NCBI GenBank assembly: GCA_964539785.1
Contig: CAZIJQ010000001.1
Span: 118 to 64,117, forward strand
Direction: 5' to 3'
Source of the DNA: an uncultured bacterium
GTDB lineage: Bacteria; Fidelibacterota; Marinisomatia; Marinisomatales; TCS56
Length of the DNA: 64,000 nucleotides
In this document: positions 28,402 through 38,248 of the stretch, one piece after another
Numbering within the stretch: position 1 is the first letter of the stretch
How the letters are laid out: every line of letters begins with the position of its first letter
Program-made: the position numbers and the translations under genes
The notes under the pieces: generated by a model
What the model was told of the DNA's origin: nothing
Database searches by the model: none
The model's input: the letters and a program-made list of their open reading frames with translations, nothing else

Positions 28402-31400
28402 ATGAAGGGGAAATTATATAAGTATCTGTGGTTCCCGTTTATCTTACTGGGGTTTCTAATCGCAAATGAATCGGATAGCTGGAAAACCCATAAAATTGTT
28501 GAGCTAACTGGTGTTTACGATATCAATGCCAATGGTCGGGCGGAGTATTTTGCAGTATTGGAAAATGGTATTGCCTATGGATCGCCGCTTATAATCAGAC
28601 ATGTGGAAATCGGTGGGGATGGATATCAACAAACCTTATGGGAATTATCATTACCCGAAGATGTTTATGGTGATTATGTTGGTTTGAAACTGGCTGACCT
28701 GACTGGCGATAATATCCCTGAACTGGTCATATTAATGAATATTTCCGAACTGGATCAGGATGGGGTCCGCAAACCGATTCTATATGTTTTCCAATTTGAA
28801 GATGGCAGTTATGGAGAATATCCGGTCAGCTCACTTGATCTCTCGGACAGCTTAGGCTATCTGTTAAGTAATAATATCCAGTGTTTAGATCGTAATGGCG
28901 ATGACGATGATGAATTGGTGATTACACTGGGTAGCCCCCGGCGCAGCATCATCCTGATTGATCAAATGGAAAATGGCGAACTGGCAGTTATCAGCGAATT
29001 AGTACCCGAATCTTTGAATTCCGGTAGTGGCTTTATCTACACAGCCGTTATCGACCACGATCACAATGGCTATGATGACTTGATTGCTTTCAGCCCGGCC
29101 GGCGATATTTTAATTATCCAACCCTATTATAACAACAGCGGCAGCCTCGAGGCGGCTGAGCCGGTTCAGCAGAAAATAAGTGGTTTGCACGGTCTACTGC
29201 CGCGTTCAATCACGGTTTCCGATTGGGATGCCGATGGTTTCGCCGATATTATCCTGCCTTTCCAATCCGGGCATGTTGTTGCCATGACGATGACATCGGT
29301 CGGGGTTCCTGTGGCAGAATTACCCATCGCAGCCGGCCCACTCTCGGATATCCGGGTCGCTGATTTTAATCAGGACGATTATTGGGATTTATTGCTGGTA
29401 TCCGCTGAAATGAACATGTTGTCAATATTTTATGGAGATGCTACTCCCCAGCAGGAAGTAGTCGAATATTTTTCTCTGGCCGGTGACGATGGCTCCCAGG
29501 TGTTCCAAGTGCTGCCGGTTGTATCGGGTGGGCTTTATACCGGCATGGTAATCGCCGCCAGTTGGAACGGTCTGATTACGGACGTCTTCACCAGCGATCT
29601 GGGAACTAATCAGGCACCACTGCCAGTGGAAGAATCAGAGCCGGATACCACAGCAAGTTTTCTGGCTGATGATATACTTACTGTATTCCCGGTCATTGAA
29701 CCAGTCACGGAATCACCATTAATCGAAGAACTACCGAGTGTGATTCTACCGACTGGAAGAGACTTGCCGGTTGGAGTATTACCACGACATGTGCTCACCG
29801 CCAGTCAATCTTTTGTTTATACAATTCCCGAAAATGAAATGCGTTATTTCTATAGTTTCCGCTGGTTGAAACCACCACCAAAAGGAATGTTTTTTCATTA
29901 CGAAAGCCGATCAATAACCTGGATTCCCAGCCCGGAACAGTTGGGAGCCTATCAACTGGTATATCAGGTTGAGATGAAGATCGGCGAAAAAATAGCCTTT
30001 GACAGTCGGGAACCGGATTCACTCATGACCTATCAGGTCGTACCGGATTTGGACGGCTATGAAGAACGGCTATGGGTTTATGTTAACGACCCACCGCAAA
30101 TTATCTCTGAACCATCCGGGCTTGATTTCGTGGCCGATGAACTGTTTACTTACCAGCCTCAGGCTGTCGATGCCAACGCTGATGCCCGAATAACTTTTAC
30201 TCTGGAACAGAAACCAACCGGAATGACAATTGATCCGAATGGCTTGATCCATTGGCAGACAGATTCGACTCATGTTAAAGTTTATCCGGTAAGACTGGTC
30301 GCCTCTGATGGATTTGAGCGTTCGGTACAAGAATTTACCGTGCATCCCCGGGCCGGTGTATCAATTATTTCGTTGCCGGATTCAGTTGGTCAGGTAAATG
30401 AAGATTACCGCTATCAGATCGAAGTCTGGAAACCGGAAATTGACCTGGCCCTAAAATATTCCTTGCTGAATGGACCGGAAGGAATGACGATAGATTCTCA
30501 GGGAATTTTAAACTGGACACCCTCACCGGCTCAAATAGATTCTGCCAGGTTCACTTTTTTCGTCACTCACGGTGTTGCCCGGGATACGCAAAAAGCGGTC
30601 ATTTTTGTTAATCATCCGCCTATCATAGAGTCTGCCCCGACAGGTATAATTACCGTTCGTTTAGGGGAAACCTACGACGCCCAAATTATGGCCAGTGATC
30701 CTAACATTGGCGATCAATTACAGTATAGCGCTCTGCTATTACCCGAAGGAATGCGAATGGACCCCTACAACGGTCGATTGTTGTGGGAGCCAACCGAAGC
30801 TAATGTTGATTTTTCCCATTTGTTAGTTGCTGTCAGCGATGGCCGCGAAACCCGAATGGTGGAAGCAGAGTTTTTTGTTAATGCGCCCCTTACTATTATT
30901 TCACTGCCGCCCATGCAGGCCGAAGTCGGCCTACCTTATCAATATAAATTGAAAACAGCCGATTTGAATAAAGGCAATCTGCTGACTTTCGATAAATTGA
31001 CTATGGTGGATGATATTAGCAAAGTTCGTATTTACGGGGTGAAAATTGCCGATGATATTTATAAAGCCAACATCAGGCGCTATATTGGCGACTGGGATAA
31101 TGCCCCGGCCGTATATGCCGGCAGCACCGACGATCGCGAAGATAATTCCGTATCTCGTTTAAATCTTAAAAAATATGTGCATTCAATTTTTTATGAATCA
31201 GACCAATTGATTGTGATGCTGCAGACAATTGATCAGCGTACAGTCTCGATAAAAGATGTATTGTGGGAGTTTTTCCAGGGGAGCAAGGGGAAGCCACCGC
31301 GTGTATCGGTGCAGCGTATTCCGACAAATCGCTATTCCTTGCTTGAATTTCCGGATGGCATGGAAGTGGATGAATTAACCGGTACTATTAATTGGACACC

Positions 31401-32112
31401 AGCGCTGGAACAGATCGATGTACAGCGAACCCGAGTGCTGGTTTCCGATGGCTATTTGCGGGATGAACAGGTTTTTGATATTTATGTTAACCAGCCACCG
31501 CTAATTGTTTCCAAGCCCGGCGGGACAGCCCTGGTGAGTGAACTATTCAAATACCAGATTATAGCGGAAGATAAAAATAGTGATGCAGAATTGAAATATT
31601 CGCTGCTGAAAGCGCCGGCCGGGATGCAGATGAGTCGCGGTGGTCGGGTAGTCTGGAATCCAAAGCCTTCCCAGATTAACAACCACAAATTTACCGTGAA
31701 GGTTTCGGATGGTTATAAAGAGGATAGTCAGATTAACAGTGTTTACGTTAACATCAATCCCAGCGTTCTGTCCACGCCCAAGCCGGTGGCTTTGACCGGT
31801 TATGAATATCGCTATAAAATGATGGTTGAAGATCTCAATAAAGATCGAATTTCCTTCCGGCCGTTACGGCTACCGAAATACGCAAAATTTAATCCTAAAA
31901 CGGGCTTGCTGGTCTGGAAGCCCCGCAGTGGACAGAAAGGCCCCAACGATGTAATAATTATGGTTACTGATGAACGGGGAGCAGCCACGTCGCATGAATT
32001 TCAAATCCATGTTTTTGAGGACCCCAGTGATCGTCAATTCGTTAATACTGGCTGGCCGTTATTATTGACTTTCGTTGGGGTAATGTTCGCCTGGGGAGCC
32101 GCCCAGATTTAA
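28402..32112 (+). CDS. giant surface protein with an FG-GAP-like N-terminal region, about 7-8 He_PIG/dystroglycan-type cadherin-like repeats and a C-terminal TM anchor; paralogous to the upstream gene
   Basis: Repeats of the form Y.Y......D......(Y/F)SL...P.GM.(I/M)D...G...W.P...Q. C-terminal GWPLLLTFVGVMFAWGAAQI. Confidence 0.65.
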   Translation: MKGKLYKYLWFPFILLGFLIANESDSWKTHKIVELTGVYDINANGRAEYFAVLENGIAYGSPLIIRHVEIGGDGYQQTLWELSLPEDVYGDYVGLKLADLTGDNIPELVILMNISELDQDGVRKPILYVFQFEDGSYGEYPVSSLDLSDSLGYLLSNNIQCLDRNGDDDDELVITLGSPRRSIILIDQMENGELAVISELVPESLNSGSGFIYTAVIDHDHNGYDDLIAFSPAGDILIIQPYYNNSGSLEAAEPVQQKISGLHGLLPRSITVSDWDADGFADIILPFQSGHVVAMTMTSVGVPVAELPIAAGPLSDIRVADFNQDDYWDLLLVSAEMNMLSIFYGDATPQQEVVEYFSLAGDDGSQVFQVLPVVSGGLYTGMVIAASWNGLITDVFTSDLGTNQAPLPVEESEPDTTASFLADDILTVFPVIEPVTESPLIEELPSVILPTGRDLPVGVLPRHVLTASQSFVYTIPENEMRYFYSFRWLKPPPKGMFFHYESRSITWIPSPEQLGAYQLVYQVEMKIGEKIAFDSREPDSLMTYQVVPDLDGYEERLWVYVNDPPQIISEPSGLDFVADELFTYQPQAVDANADARITFTLEQKPTGMTIDPNGLIHWQTDSTHVKVYPVRLVASDGFERSVQEFTVHPRAGVSIISLPDSVGQVNEDYRYQIEVWKPEIDLALKYSLLNGPEGMTIDSQGILNWTPSPAQIDSARFTFFVTHGVARDTQKAVIFVNHPPIIESAPTGIITVRLGETYDAQIMASDPNIGDQLQYSALLLPEGMRMDPYNGRLLWEPTEANVDFSHLLVAVSDGRETRMVEAEFFVNAPLTIISLPPMQAEVGLPYQYKLKTADLNKGNLLTFDKLTMVDDISKVRIYGVKIADDIYKANIRRYIGDWDNAPAVYAGSTDDREDNSVSRLNLKKYVHSIFYESDQLIVMLQTIDQRTVSIKDVLWEFFQGSKGKPPRVSVQRIPTNRYSLLEFPDGMEVDELTGTINWTPALEQIDVQRTRVLVSDGYLRDEQVFDIYVNQPPLIVSKPGGTALVSELFKYQIIAEDKNSDAELKYSLLKAPAGMQMSRGGRVVWNPKPSQINNHKFTVKVSDGYKEDSQINSVYVNINPSVLSTPKPVALTGYEYRYKMMVEDLNKDRISFRPLRLPKYAKFNPKTGLLVWKPRSGQKGPNDVIIMVTDERGAATSHEFQIHVFEDPSDRQFVNTGWPLLLTFVGVMFAWGAAQI

Positions 32113-32115
32113 TAA

Positions 32116-33195
32116 TTAAACTTTAGATTTTAAAATAGTGCGCAATAATGCCTGTTCACCACCGGGGCTAGGCTTGAAATCGATACCGATAGCGTAAACA
32201 GGCAGCTTGGCGGTCTTGGGCAATCCGGCCAGTTTCAGCAAGTCTTTCTCCGTGGTTAAAATATATTTTGCTCCGCTGTCTCGCATTTTTATTTGCATTT
32301 TTTCTATATCAGCTCTATTGTATTCGTGGTGATCCCGATACACAAGATGGTCACAAACTGTTAATCCGCTTTGATCGAGTAATCGGGTAAAACTGGTGGG
32401 GTCGCCGATCCCGGAAACAGCCAGGAGTATTTCATTCCGGGCATTGTCGAACGGTAGAGGATTGGTAAAACCAATTAATTTAGATTTGATCGCGATTTTA
32501 CTATTGAAATTAGGTGCGGATAATTTATTAACCCTGCTTTTCAATATTGATGGTGGTGTGCCCAGGTTGGTTTTTGTCCAAAAAATAAGATCGGCTCGTC
32601 GCAGGTGGAACCAGGGCTCTCTAAGGCGTCCAAAAGGAGCCAGTTTATTCTCATTTACTGAATCTTGAGCATTGAGCAGGACTATATCCACATCCCGTTC
32701 TAACTTACGGTGTTGAAAACCATCATCGAGAATGATTATATCCGGTGAGAAATTTTGTATTAAATATACTCCACCGCGGTAGCGGTTTTCATCGACGACT
32801 ATGGGCACTCCAGGTAATTGTTGCGCCATTAAGAATGGTTCGTCGCCAACATTTTGCCAGGTTTGATTTAATTCGGAGCCATTGGTAACTAAAACCGTAC
32901 CGGTTGTTTTCCGGTGGTACCCACGGCTCAGTACCGCAATCTTTTTACCCTGCTTTTGTAGTAGTCGTGCAAGATAGATAACAGCCGGTGTTTTTCCAGT
33001 ACCACCCATTGAAATATTACCAACGCTGACGACTGTGCGGGGTAATTTATGAGATATAAAAAAACCAACCGAATAAAATAGATTGCGCCAGAAGATGGTT
33101 CCCCAATACAATAATGCCAGTGGAAATAATAAATAACGCAGGTAGGTGCTGTTGAAAAGCCTAGTGCCCGGTTCTCTCATCGACTTGTTTCTCAA
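32116..33195 (-). CDS. lpxK: tetraacyldisaccharide 4'-kinase
   Basis: P-loop VVSVGNISMGGTGKTP and DDGFQH motif. Confidence 0.9.
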   Translation of the reverse strand: MRNKSMREPGTRLFNSTYLRYLLFPLALLYWGTIFWRNLFYSVGFFISHKLPRTVVSVGNISMGGTGKTPAVIYLARLLQKQGKKIAVLSRGYHRKTTGTVLVTNGSELNQTWQNVGDEPFLMAQQLPGVPIVVDENRYRGGVYLIQNFSPDIIILDDGFQHRKLERDVDIVLLNAQDSVNENKLAPFGRLREPWFHLRRADLIFWTKTNLGTPPSILKSRVNKLSAPNFNSKIAIKSKLIGFTNPLPFDNARNEILLAVSGIGDPTSFTRLLDQSGLTVCDHLVYRDHHEYNRADIEKMQIKMRDSGAKYILTTEKDLLKLAGLPKTAKLPVYAIGIDFKPSPGGEQALLRTILKSKV

Positions 33196-33835
33196 GTTTA
33201 TTTAATTCGGTCGTCAGGAGGTCCGCGCGGGCTGTGTAATCCATATCATCAGTAAAATTTAACGGGGGACCAAATATTATTTCAGTCCGGGCAAAAGCCT
33301 TGGCAACAACAAAAGTGTCCCAGTTAGTGAAACCACGAAATTTTGTCGAATGACAGGCGACCGGAACGATGATAGCTCCGGTAGCTTGTGCTGCTCGGAT
33401 AACACCTGGTTTGCATTGCTTGGCAGGACCCTTGGGTCCGTCTGGCGTTATATAAACCAGGGTGGCCGGTGATTTCAATTTTCTCAGCATATCAAGATAT
33501 GCTTCACGTCCCCGCTCGGTACTGGATCCCCGGACAAACCGCCAGCCTATTTTTTTTCCAATGCGCGAGATAAGCTCGGCATCCTTGTGGGTTCCGGCCA
33601 GTCCGTAAAATTCGTTACCTGCCAGGTACATAAATGGTCCCAACAATCGTCCATGCCAGATTGCCAAGATCACTGATTGACCTTTGTTCAAGGCATCCTG
33701 ATAATAGTGGGAACCCTGACCTTTGAAATGATTGGTGAAGTATACCCAGCGAATTGCCCAGCCGCCGATTACGACGGTCAACCAAAATTCGATCTTTTTT
33801 ATTAATTTGGATTTCTTAGCCATCCGGTTGCCCAA
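33161..33835 (-). CDS. DUF374-type lysophospholipid acyltransferase family protein
   Basis: AIWHGRLL..H.DAELISR..GW..VRGSS..G.., TPDGPKGP motif. This is the typical position beside lpxK. Confidence 0.7.
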   Translation of the reverse strand: MGNRMAKKSKLIKKIEFWLTVVIGGWAIRWVYFTNHFKGQGSHYYQDALNKGQSVILAIWHGRLLGPFMYLAGNEFYGLAGTHKDAELISRIGKKIGWRFVRGSSTERGREAYLDMLRKLKSPATLVYITPDGPKGPAKQCKPGVIRAAQATGAIIVPVACHSTKFRGFTNWDTFVVAKAFARTEIIFGPPLNFTDDMDYTARADLLTTELNKLEKQVDERTGH

Positions 33836-34952
33836 TTATGATTTGCGCTGCTCTTGCGTAAGCGCCCGGAGCACCCAGTAGCTGGCGGATTTTCTGGTAT
33901 TCATCCTGCATTTTTTTCCGTTCACCCGAATTGATTAAGAGCGGCGTTGCCGCTTGAATCAGGTTTTTTTCCGTCAGATCAGTTTGTAATAATTCCGGCA
34001 CCACCTTTTTACCGGCGATCAGATTTGCCATTGCAACATAAGGCAAGTCCACGATTAACCGGGCCAAGAAAAACGTCATGGTCGATAACCGGTAAGCTAC
34101 GATTGCCGGTATATTAAAAACAGCCGCTTCCAGAGTTGCCGTTCCGGATGCGACCAGAACAAGCTGTCCATATTGTAATGCCAGGCGCGGATTATCTTCT
34201 TCAACCAATAGGTTTGGTGGTAGTGGGTCCAGCCGGATATTAGGAGCTTTTCCAACAATCAAACGCAGGTTGGGATTTTGTTGGGCTAGTTTTTGCGCGG
34301 CCGCTAAAAATACCGGCCAGTGACGGTCAACTTCCTGCTGCCGGCTGCCAGGGAAAAGTACTAATAGCTGATCTTGGGAATTCAGGGAATGCTTGCGGTA
34401 AAATTCAGATTTTGAAATCCCCGGTAATTCAATTTCACTGAAAGGATGTCCGACAAATTGAACTGCCACAGCTCGTTGGCGATACCAATGTTCTTCAAAG
34501 GGGAAAATGCTCAGTGAATGTTGTACATATTTCTGCAGGATTTTCACCCGCTTTTCTTTCCAGGCCCAGGCCTGCGGTAAAATAAAATAGGAGACGGGGA
34601 TTTTTAAATGCGCAATTTTTTTAGCCAGCCGCAAATTAAAACCAGGATAATCAATCAGGATGATGCAGTCAGGGTGGATTCTGGTTATTGCCGTAATAGT
34701 ATCTTTCATGACTTGCTTGAAATACGACAGATGCTTGATCACCTCGGTGAAGCCCATTACAGCTAAATTGTCAATATGTTCGGATATTTCCATTCCGGCC
34801 GCTGACATCTGGTTCCCACCATGCCCGTAAAACCGGGCTTCGGAAACCTCGGTTTTTATCGCCTTGATCAGTCGTGCACCATGATGGTCGCCCGATTCTT
34901 CACCAGCGATCATATAAAATACAGTGGCAGGTTTAGTGGTTTTTCCGCCCAT
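33816..34952 (-). CDS. lpxB: lipid-A-disaccharide synthase
   Basis: N-terminal MIAGEESGDHHGARLIKAIK, ..IDYPGFNL.., SGTATLEAA. Confidence 0.9.
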   Translation of the reverse strand: MGGKTTKPATVFYMIAGEESGDHHGARLIKAIKTEVSEARFYGHGGNQMSAAGMEISEHIDNLAVMGFTEVIKHLSYFKQVMKDTITAITRIHPDCIILIDYPGFNLRLAKKIAHLKIPVSYFILPQAWAWKEKRVKILQKYVQHSLSIFPFEEHWYRQRAVAVQFVGHPFSEIELPGISKSEFYRKHSLNSQDQLLVLFPGSRQQEVDRHWPVFLAAAQKLAQQNPNLRLIVGKAPNIRLDPLPPNLLVEEDNPRLALQYGQLVLVASGTATLEAAVFNIPAIVAYRLSTMTFFLARLIVDLPYVAMANLIAGKKVVPELLQTDLTEKNLIQAATPLLINSGERKKMQDEYQKIRQLLGAPGAYARAAQIIIGQPDG

Positions 34953-34985
34953 TATTCAGGCAAGTTTAAGTTTGGTTTTTACGAT

Positions 34986-35561
34986 TTAAAAGAAAATTGA
35001 CCGCAGCAGGATAATTATCAAAATCAGGGCAATATTTTGCAGGGTACGCTTTTCTACTTTAAAAGTTTTCGAAATTGAAGCCGGAACACGGTTATCGTCA
35101 TTTTCCCAAGCCGACAGGCGGGGCAGCAAGCGAGGCACAAACGTACAGTAAACCCGGTATTCTTCACCAAACAAATCCCGCAGAGTCTCTTCTTCCAGGG
35201 ACACGATCAGTGAATATTGAATTACAAAGAAAGCCCAGGTTAGAATCATCATTGATATGACGGAAGGGGCACCGGTAAACAGAACCACTCCGGTATAGAT
35301 GACCATATTCCCTACATAAAGGGGATTTCTTACGTAGGCAAATGGGCCGGAAGCGCATAGTTTTTTAGCACCGACTTTAGTTGTTCTGGTGGCACCACCA
35401 GCAAAACGATTAGCATAAATACGGATAGATTCGCCAATTAAAATGATAACCAACCCCAGCAGAATTCCAAAAAAAGTTGGTTGGGCAAAATAGATCAGAA
35501 TAAAAACCAGCGGAATCGGGGTATAGCTGCGATTTTTAAAGAAAAACTGTCTGATGTCCAT
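34986..35561 (-). CDS. ICMT/Ste14-like membrane methyltransferase (candidate lipid A phosphate methyltransferase, LmtA-like)
   Basis: Polytopic. GPFAYVRNPLYVGNMVIYTG motif of the isoprenylcysteine carboxyl methyltransferase family. Embedded in the lpx operon. Confidence 0.6.
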   Translation of the reverse strand: MDIRQFFFKNRSYTPIPLVFILIYFAQPTFFGILLGLVIILIGESIRIYANRFAGGATRTTKVGAKKLCASGPFAYVRNPLYVGNMVIYTGVVLFTGAPSVISMMILTWAFFVIQYSLIVSLEEETLRDLFGEEYRVYCTFVPRLLPRLSAWENDDNRVPASISKTFKVEKRTLQNIALILIIILLRSIFF

Positions 35562-36547
35562 TATAGCAAATCCTCAATAATCATTTGATGAATTTTAGTT
35601 GCCACAGCCAGTGCATCACGGCCCGCTACACCATCCACAATTGGTTTTTCTACACCATTGATTGCTGCTAAAAAATTTGTTAGTTCCATTTGCAGTGCGT
35701 CTGTTTTATTAATAGCGGGTTTTTCGTATACAATCTGACGATGAACCCCATTCTGATTAAGCGGAGCACTCAGAATTGCCGCTGGATTTTTAATTTTATC
35801 ATCAAGAATCCGGTAGACTTCAGTCATCCCCAGTGATAAATCAATTGTAGCATACATATCCTGTTGAAAGACCTTGATTTTTCTCACCTGGTCTTTAGCA
35901 ATGCGGCTGGCCGTAAAATTGGCAACCGTACCATTTTGAAATCTGATGCGGGCGTTAGCAATATCGACGGATTTGGTCATGATGGAAACACCGCTGGCAC
36001 GGATATTTTTTACCGGCGAATCTACCAGCGATAAAATGATATCAATATCATGGATCATCAAGTCGAGCACAACCGGGACATCAGTGCCGCGGGTGGTAAA
36101 GGGAGCCAAACGCTGGACTTCAATAAATTTAGGCTGCAGATTGAAGTTCTTTAACGGTAGCAGTGCTGGATTCAGGCGTTCAATGTGCCCTACTTGCAGC
36201 AATGAGTTGGTTTGTTCGCTCAGTTTAATTAACCGGTCAGCTTCAGCCACTGTTTTAGTAATTGGTTTTTCGATAAAAACATGCTTGCCAGCCCTGAGAC
36301 ATTGTTCTGCAATATCAGTATGAGTTATAGTGGGGGTAACAATTGCAACCGCCGCTACTGAATCCAGCAATTGTTCCAGTGATTTGAAAACGTTGGTATT
36401 ATACTTTTTCGCGATTTCCTGGGCTCGGTCCTGATCTATGTCGAAGATTCCGATCAGATTAGCTGCCGGTAATTGTGAAAAATGTTTGACATGATATTGG
36501 CCCAGATGACCAACACCAATAATCCCGACCATGATTTTATTAGTCAT
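35561..36547 (-). CDS. Gfo/Idh/MocA family oxidoreductase (GnnA-like candidate)
   Basis: Rossmann N-terminus MVGIIGVGHLGQYH, EKP motif (VFIEKPI). First gene of the lpx operon. Confidence 0.75.
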   Translation of the reverse strand: MTNKIMVGIIGVGHLGQYHVKHFSQLPAANLIGIFDIDQDRAQEIAKKYNTNVFKSLEQLLDSVAAVAIVTPTITHTDIAEQCLRAGKHVFIEKPITKTVAEADRLIKLSEQTNSLLQVGHIERLNPALLPLKNFNLQPKFIEVQRLAPFTTRGTDVPVVLDLMIHDIDIILSLVDSPVKNIRASGVSIMTKSVDIANARIRFQNGTVANFTASRIAKDQVRKIKVFQQDMYATIDLSLGMTEVYRILDDKIKNPAAILSAPLNQNGVHRQIVYEKPAINKTDALQMELTNFLAAINGVEKPIVDGVAGRDALAVATKIHQMIIEDLL

Positions 36548-36828
36548 AGAATTTTATTTTCCCTTTGGATTGCATCAACCGTGTGGATGTCCTCAAAAGT
36601 TAACCGTAAGCAATGATTTGGGGGAATGATTATCTGTTCTATCTTTTGGTATAGACTTGTACAGGTGTAATTCCTGAAAGGGAACCGGTATCTACCGGGT
36701 TAATTTAAAAAGGCTTGCTTTTAGGCTTGATTAAATTCAATTTCCCGGGAATACTTTAGTTTACCATAACTACATTCCGGCATATTATTTGACGGTTTTT
36801 TTAATTCCTGCAAAGGGGAGTTTGGAAA

Positions 36829-37458
36829 ATGGATAGTGACTTGAAATCAGGTCTGGGATATATTATTCCGGTTGGCGCCATAATTGGGTTCGTGCTGGCG
36901 CTGATAACGGAAAATTTCAATCTGGCCATGATTATGGCTGTAACCGGCATTCTGGGCTGGTTTATCTACCTGCTGATAATGGAGATCAAACCACCCCGAC
37001 CGTTCGGTAATATTGTTGTATTTTTTGGAGTGCTGCTTTCCCTGGCAGTTTTTCTGGCGACTGGTCTTGAGCAGGATATATTTGGTGGTTATATCCTACG
37101 GTCGCAGGGGTTGATTTATGCAGTTATTGTATTGTTTTTTTCCATCTTGACCGGCGTACTGTTCAGGTCCATGAGCCAGAAGCAGGATAAGACCATTGAA
37201 TCACAGTTAAGTCAGTCAGACCGGGACCTGGTGGAAAAAGCCATTAGCCAGGAAACCGGGGCAGAAACCGAACCACGAATAATTGTTGTTAAGCAGGAAG
37301 CGCCGTCCCCGGATGAGGAATTGGAACCGGAATACGATTATGGTGAATATGACCCCTATGCTTATTCTTATCCACCGGAATATTATGAAGACGAAGATGA
37401 AGAAGATGAGGATGAAGAAGACGAAGATGAATACGAGGACGAGGAAGACGAACAGTAG
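36829..37458 (+). CDS. hypothetical membrane protein with a polyacidic C-terminal tail
   Basis: Four predicted TM helices, then ..YEDEDEEDEDEEDEDEYEDEEDEQ. Confidence 0.5.
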   Translation: MDSDLKSGLGYIIPVGAIIGFVLALITENFNLAMIMAVTGILGWFIYLLIMEIKPPRPFGNIVVFFGVLLSLAVFLATGLEQDIFGGYILRSQGLIYAVIVLFFSILTGVLFRSMSQKQDKTIESQLSQSDRDLVEKAISQETGAETEPRIIVVKQEAPSPDEELEPEYDYGEYDPYAYSYPPEYYEDEDEEDEDEEDEDEYEDEEDEQ

Positions 37459-37624
37459 TATTTAGTCAGAAATCACTTTTTGTTATTTTTTCTGGTCACG
37501 CTGCCCTGCGGTGTAGCCGCAAAAGCCCCCCCCTCTTTATTGATATTTAACCACCGCTAATTAATGGTATTAAACAGTGCTTCTTTTCCGCCGTAAACCC
37601 GATGTCTATCGGGACGCAGGCGGA

Positions 37625-38179
37625 TTAAAACGGATCCAGGGCCGGATCGTCGCCATAATCCCAGACCAGCTTGGGAAACAGGCCGACCTGTAGATTTTCA
37701 GCAAAATAGATTACCTTTTCCTCAACCTTTAACACCGCGTCAGCCCAGGCCATATAAACCGGACGAGTAATCAATTTTTTTATATCCAATTGATAAGAAA
37801 CGAGTTTGTGATATGGTCTCACCTGGCCTTTGAATTTTACTCTGCCACAACCTAAGGCGCGACCTCGGCCTTCGCCGCCAGCCCAGGACAGGAAAAATCC
37901 CAGTAACTGCCAGAGTCCGTCCAGACCCAGACAACCGGGCATGACCGGGTCGTTCTTAAAATGACATTTGAAAAACCAGTTGTTGGGATCTATATCTAAT
38001 TCAGCCAGGATTTCACCTTTCCCGAATTTCCCGCCTTCCTTAGAAATATTTAATATGCGATCGATCATCAGCATGGGATGAAGCGGCAATTTCCCGGCAA
38101 AATTTTTCGATAAAGTACCTTCGCCAGCGGCCTTGATATCGTCTTTATTGAATGAAGTTCTTAAATTGAATTTGGTCAT
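37625..38179 (-). CDS. fabA: 3-hydroxydecanoyl-ACP dehydratase/isomerase
   Basis: FabA-type active-site region FFKCHFKNDPVMPGCLGLDGLWQLLGFFL; 184 aa. Confidence 0.85.
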   Translation of the reverse strand: MTKFNLRTSFNKDDIKAAGEGTLSKNFAGKLPLHPMLMIDRILNISKEGGKFGKGEILAELDIDPNNWFFKCHFKNDPVMPGCLGLDGLWQLLGFFLSWAGGEGRGRALGCGRVKFKGQVRPYHKLVSYQLDIKKLITRPVYMAWADAVLKVEEKVIYFAENLQVGLFPKLVWDYGDDPALDPF

Positions 38180-38248
38180 AACCTATATCGATTTCCTTAA
38201 CTAATCCCCCGATTAAGATATTAATCCTGTTATACGAGCTAATCTGTT

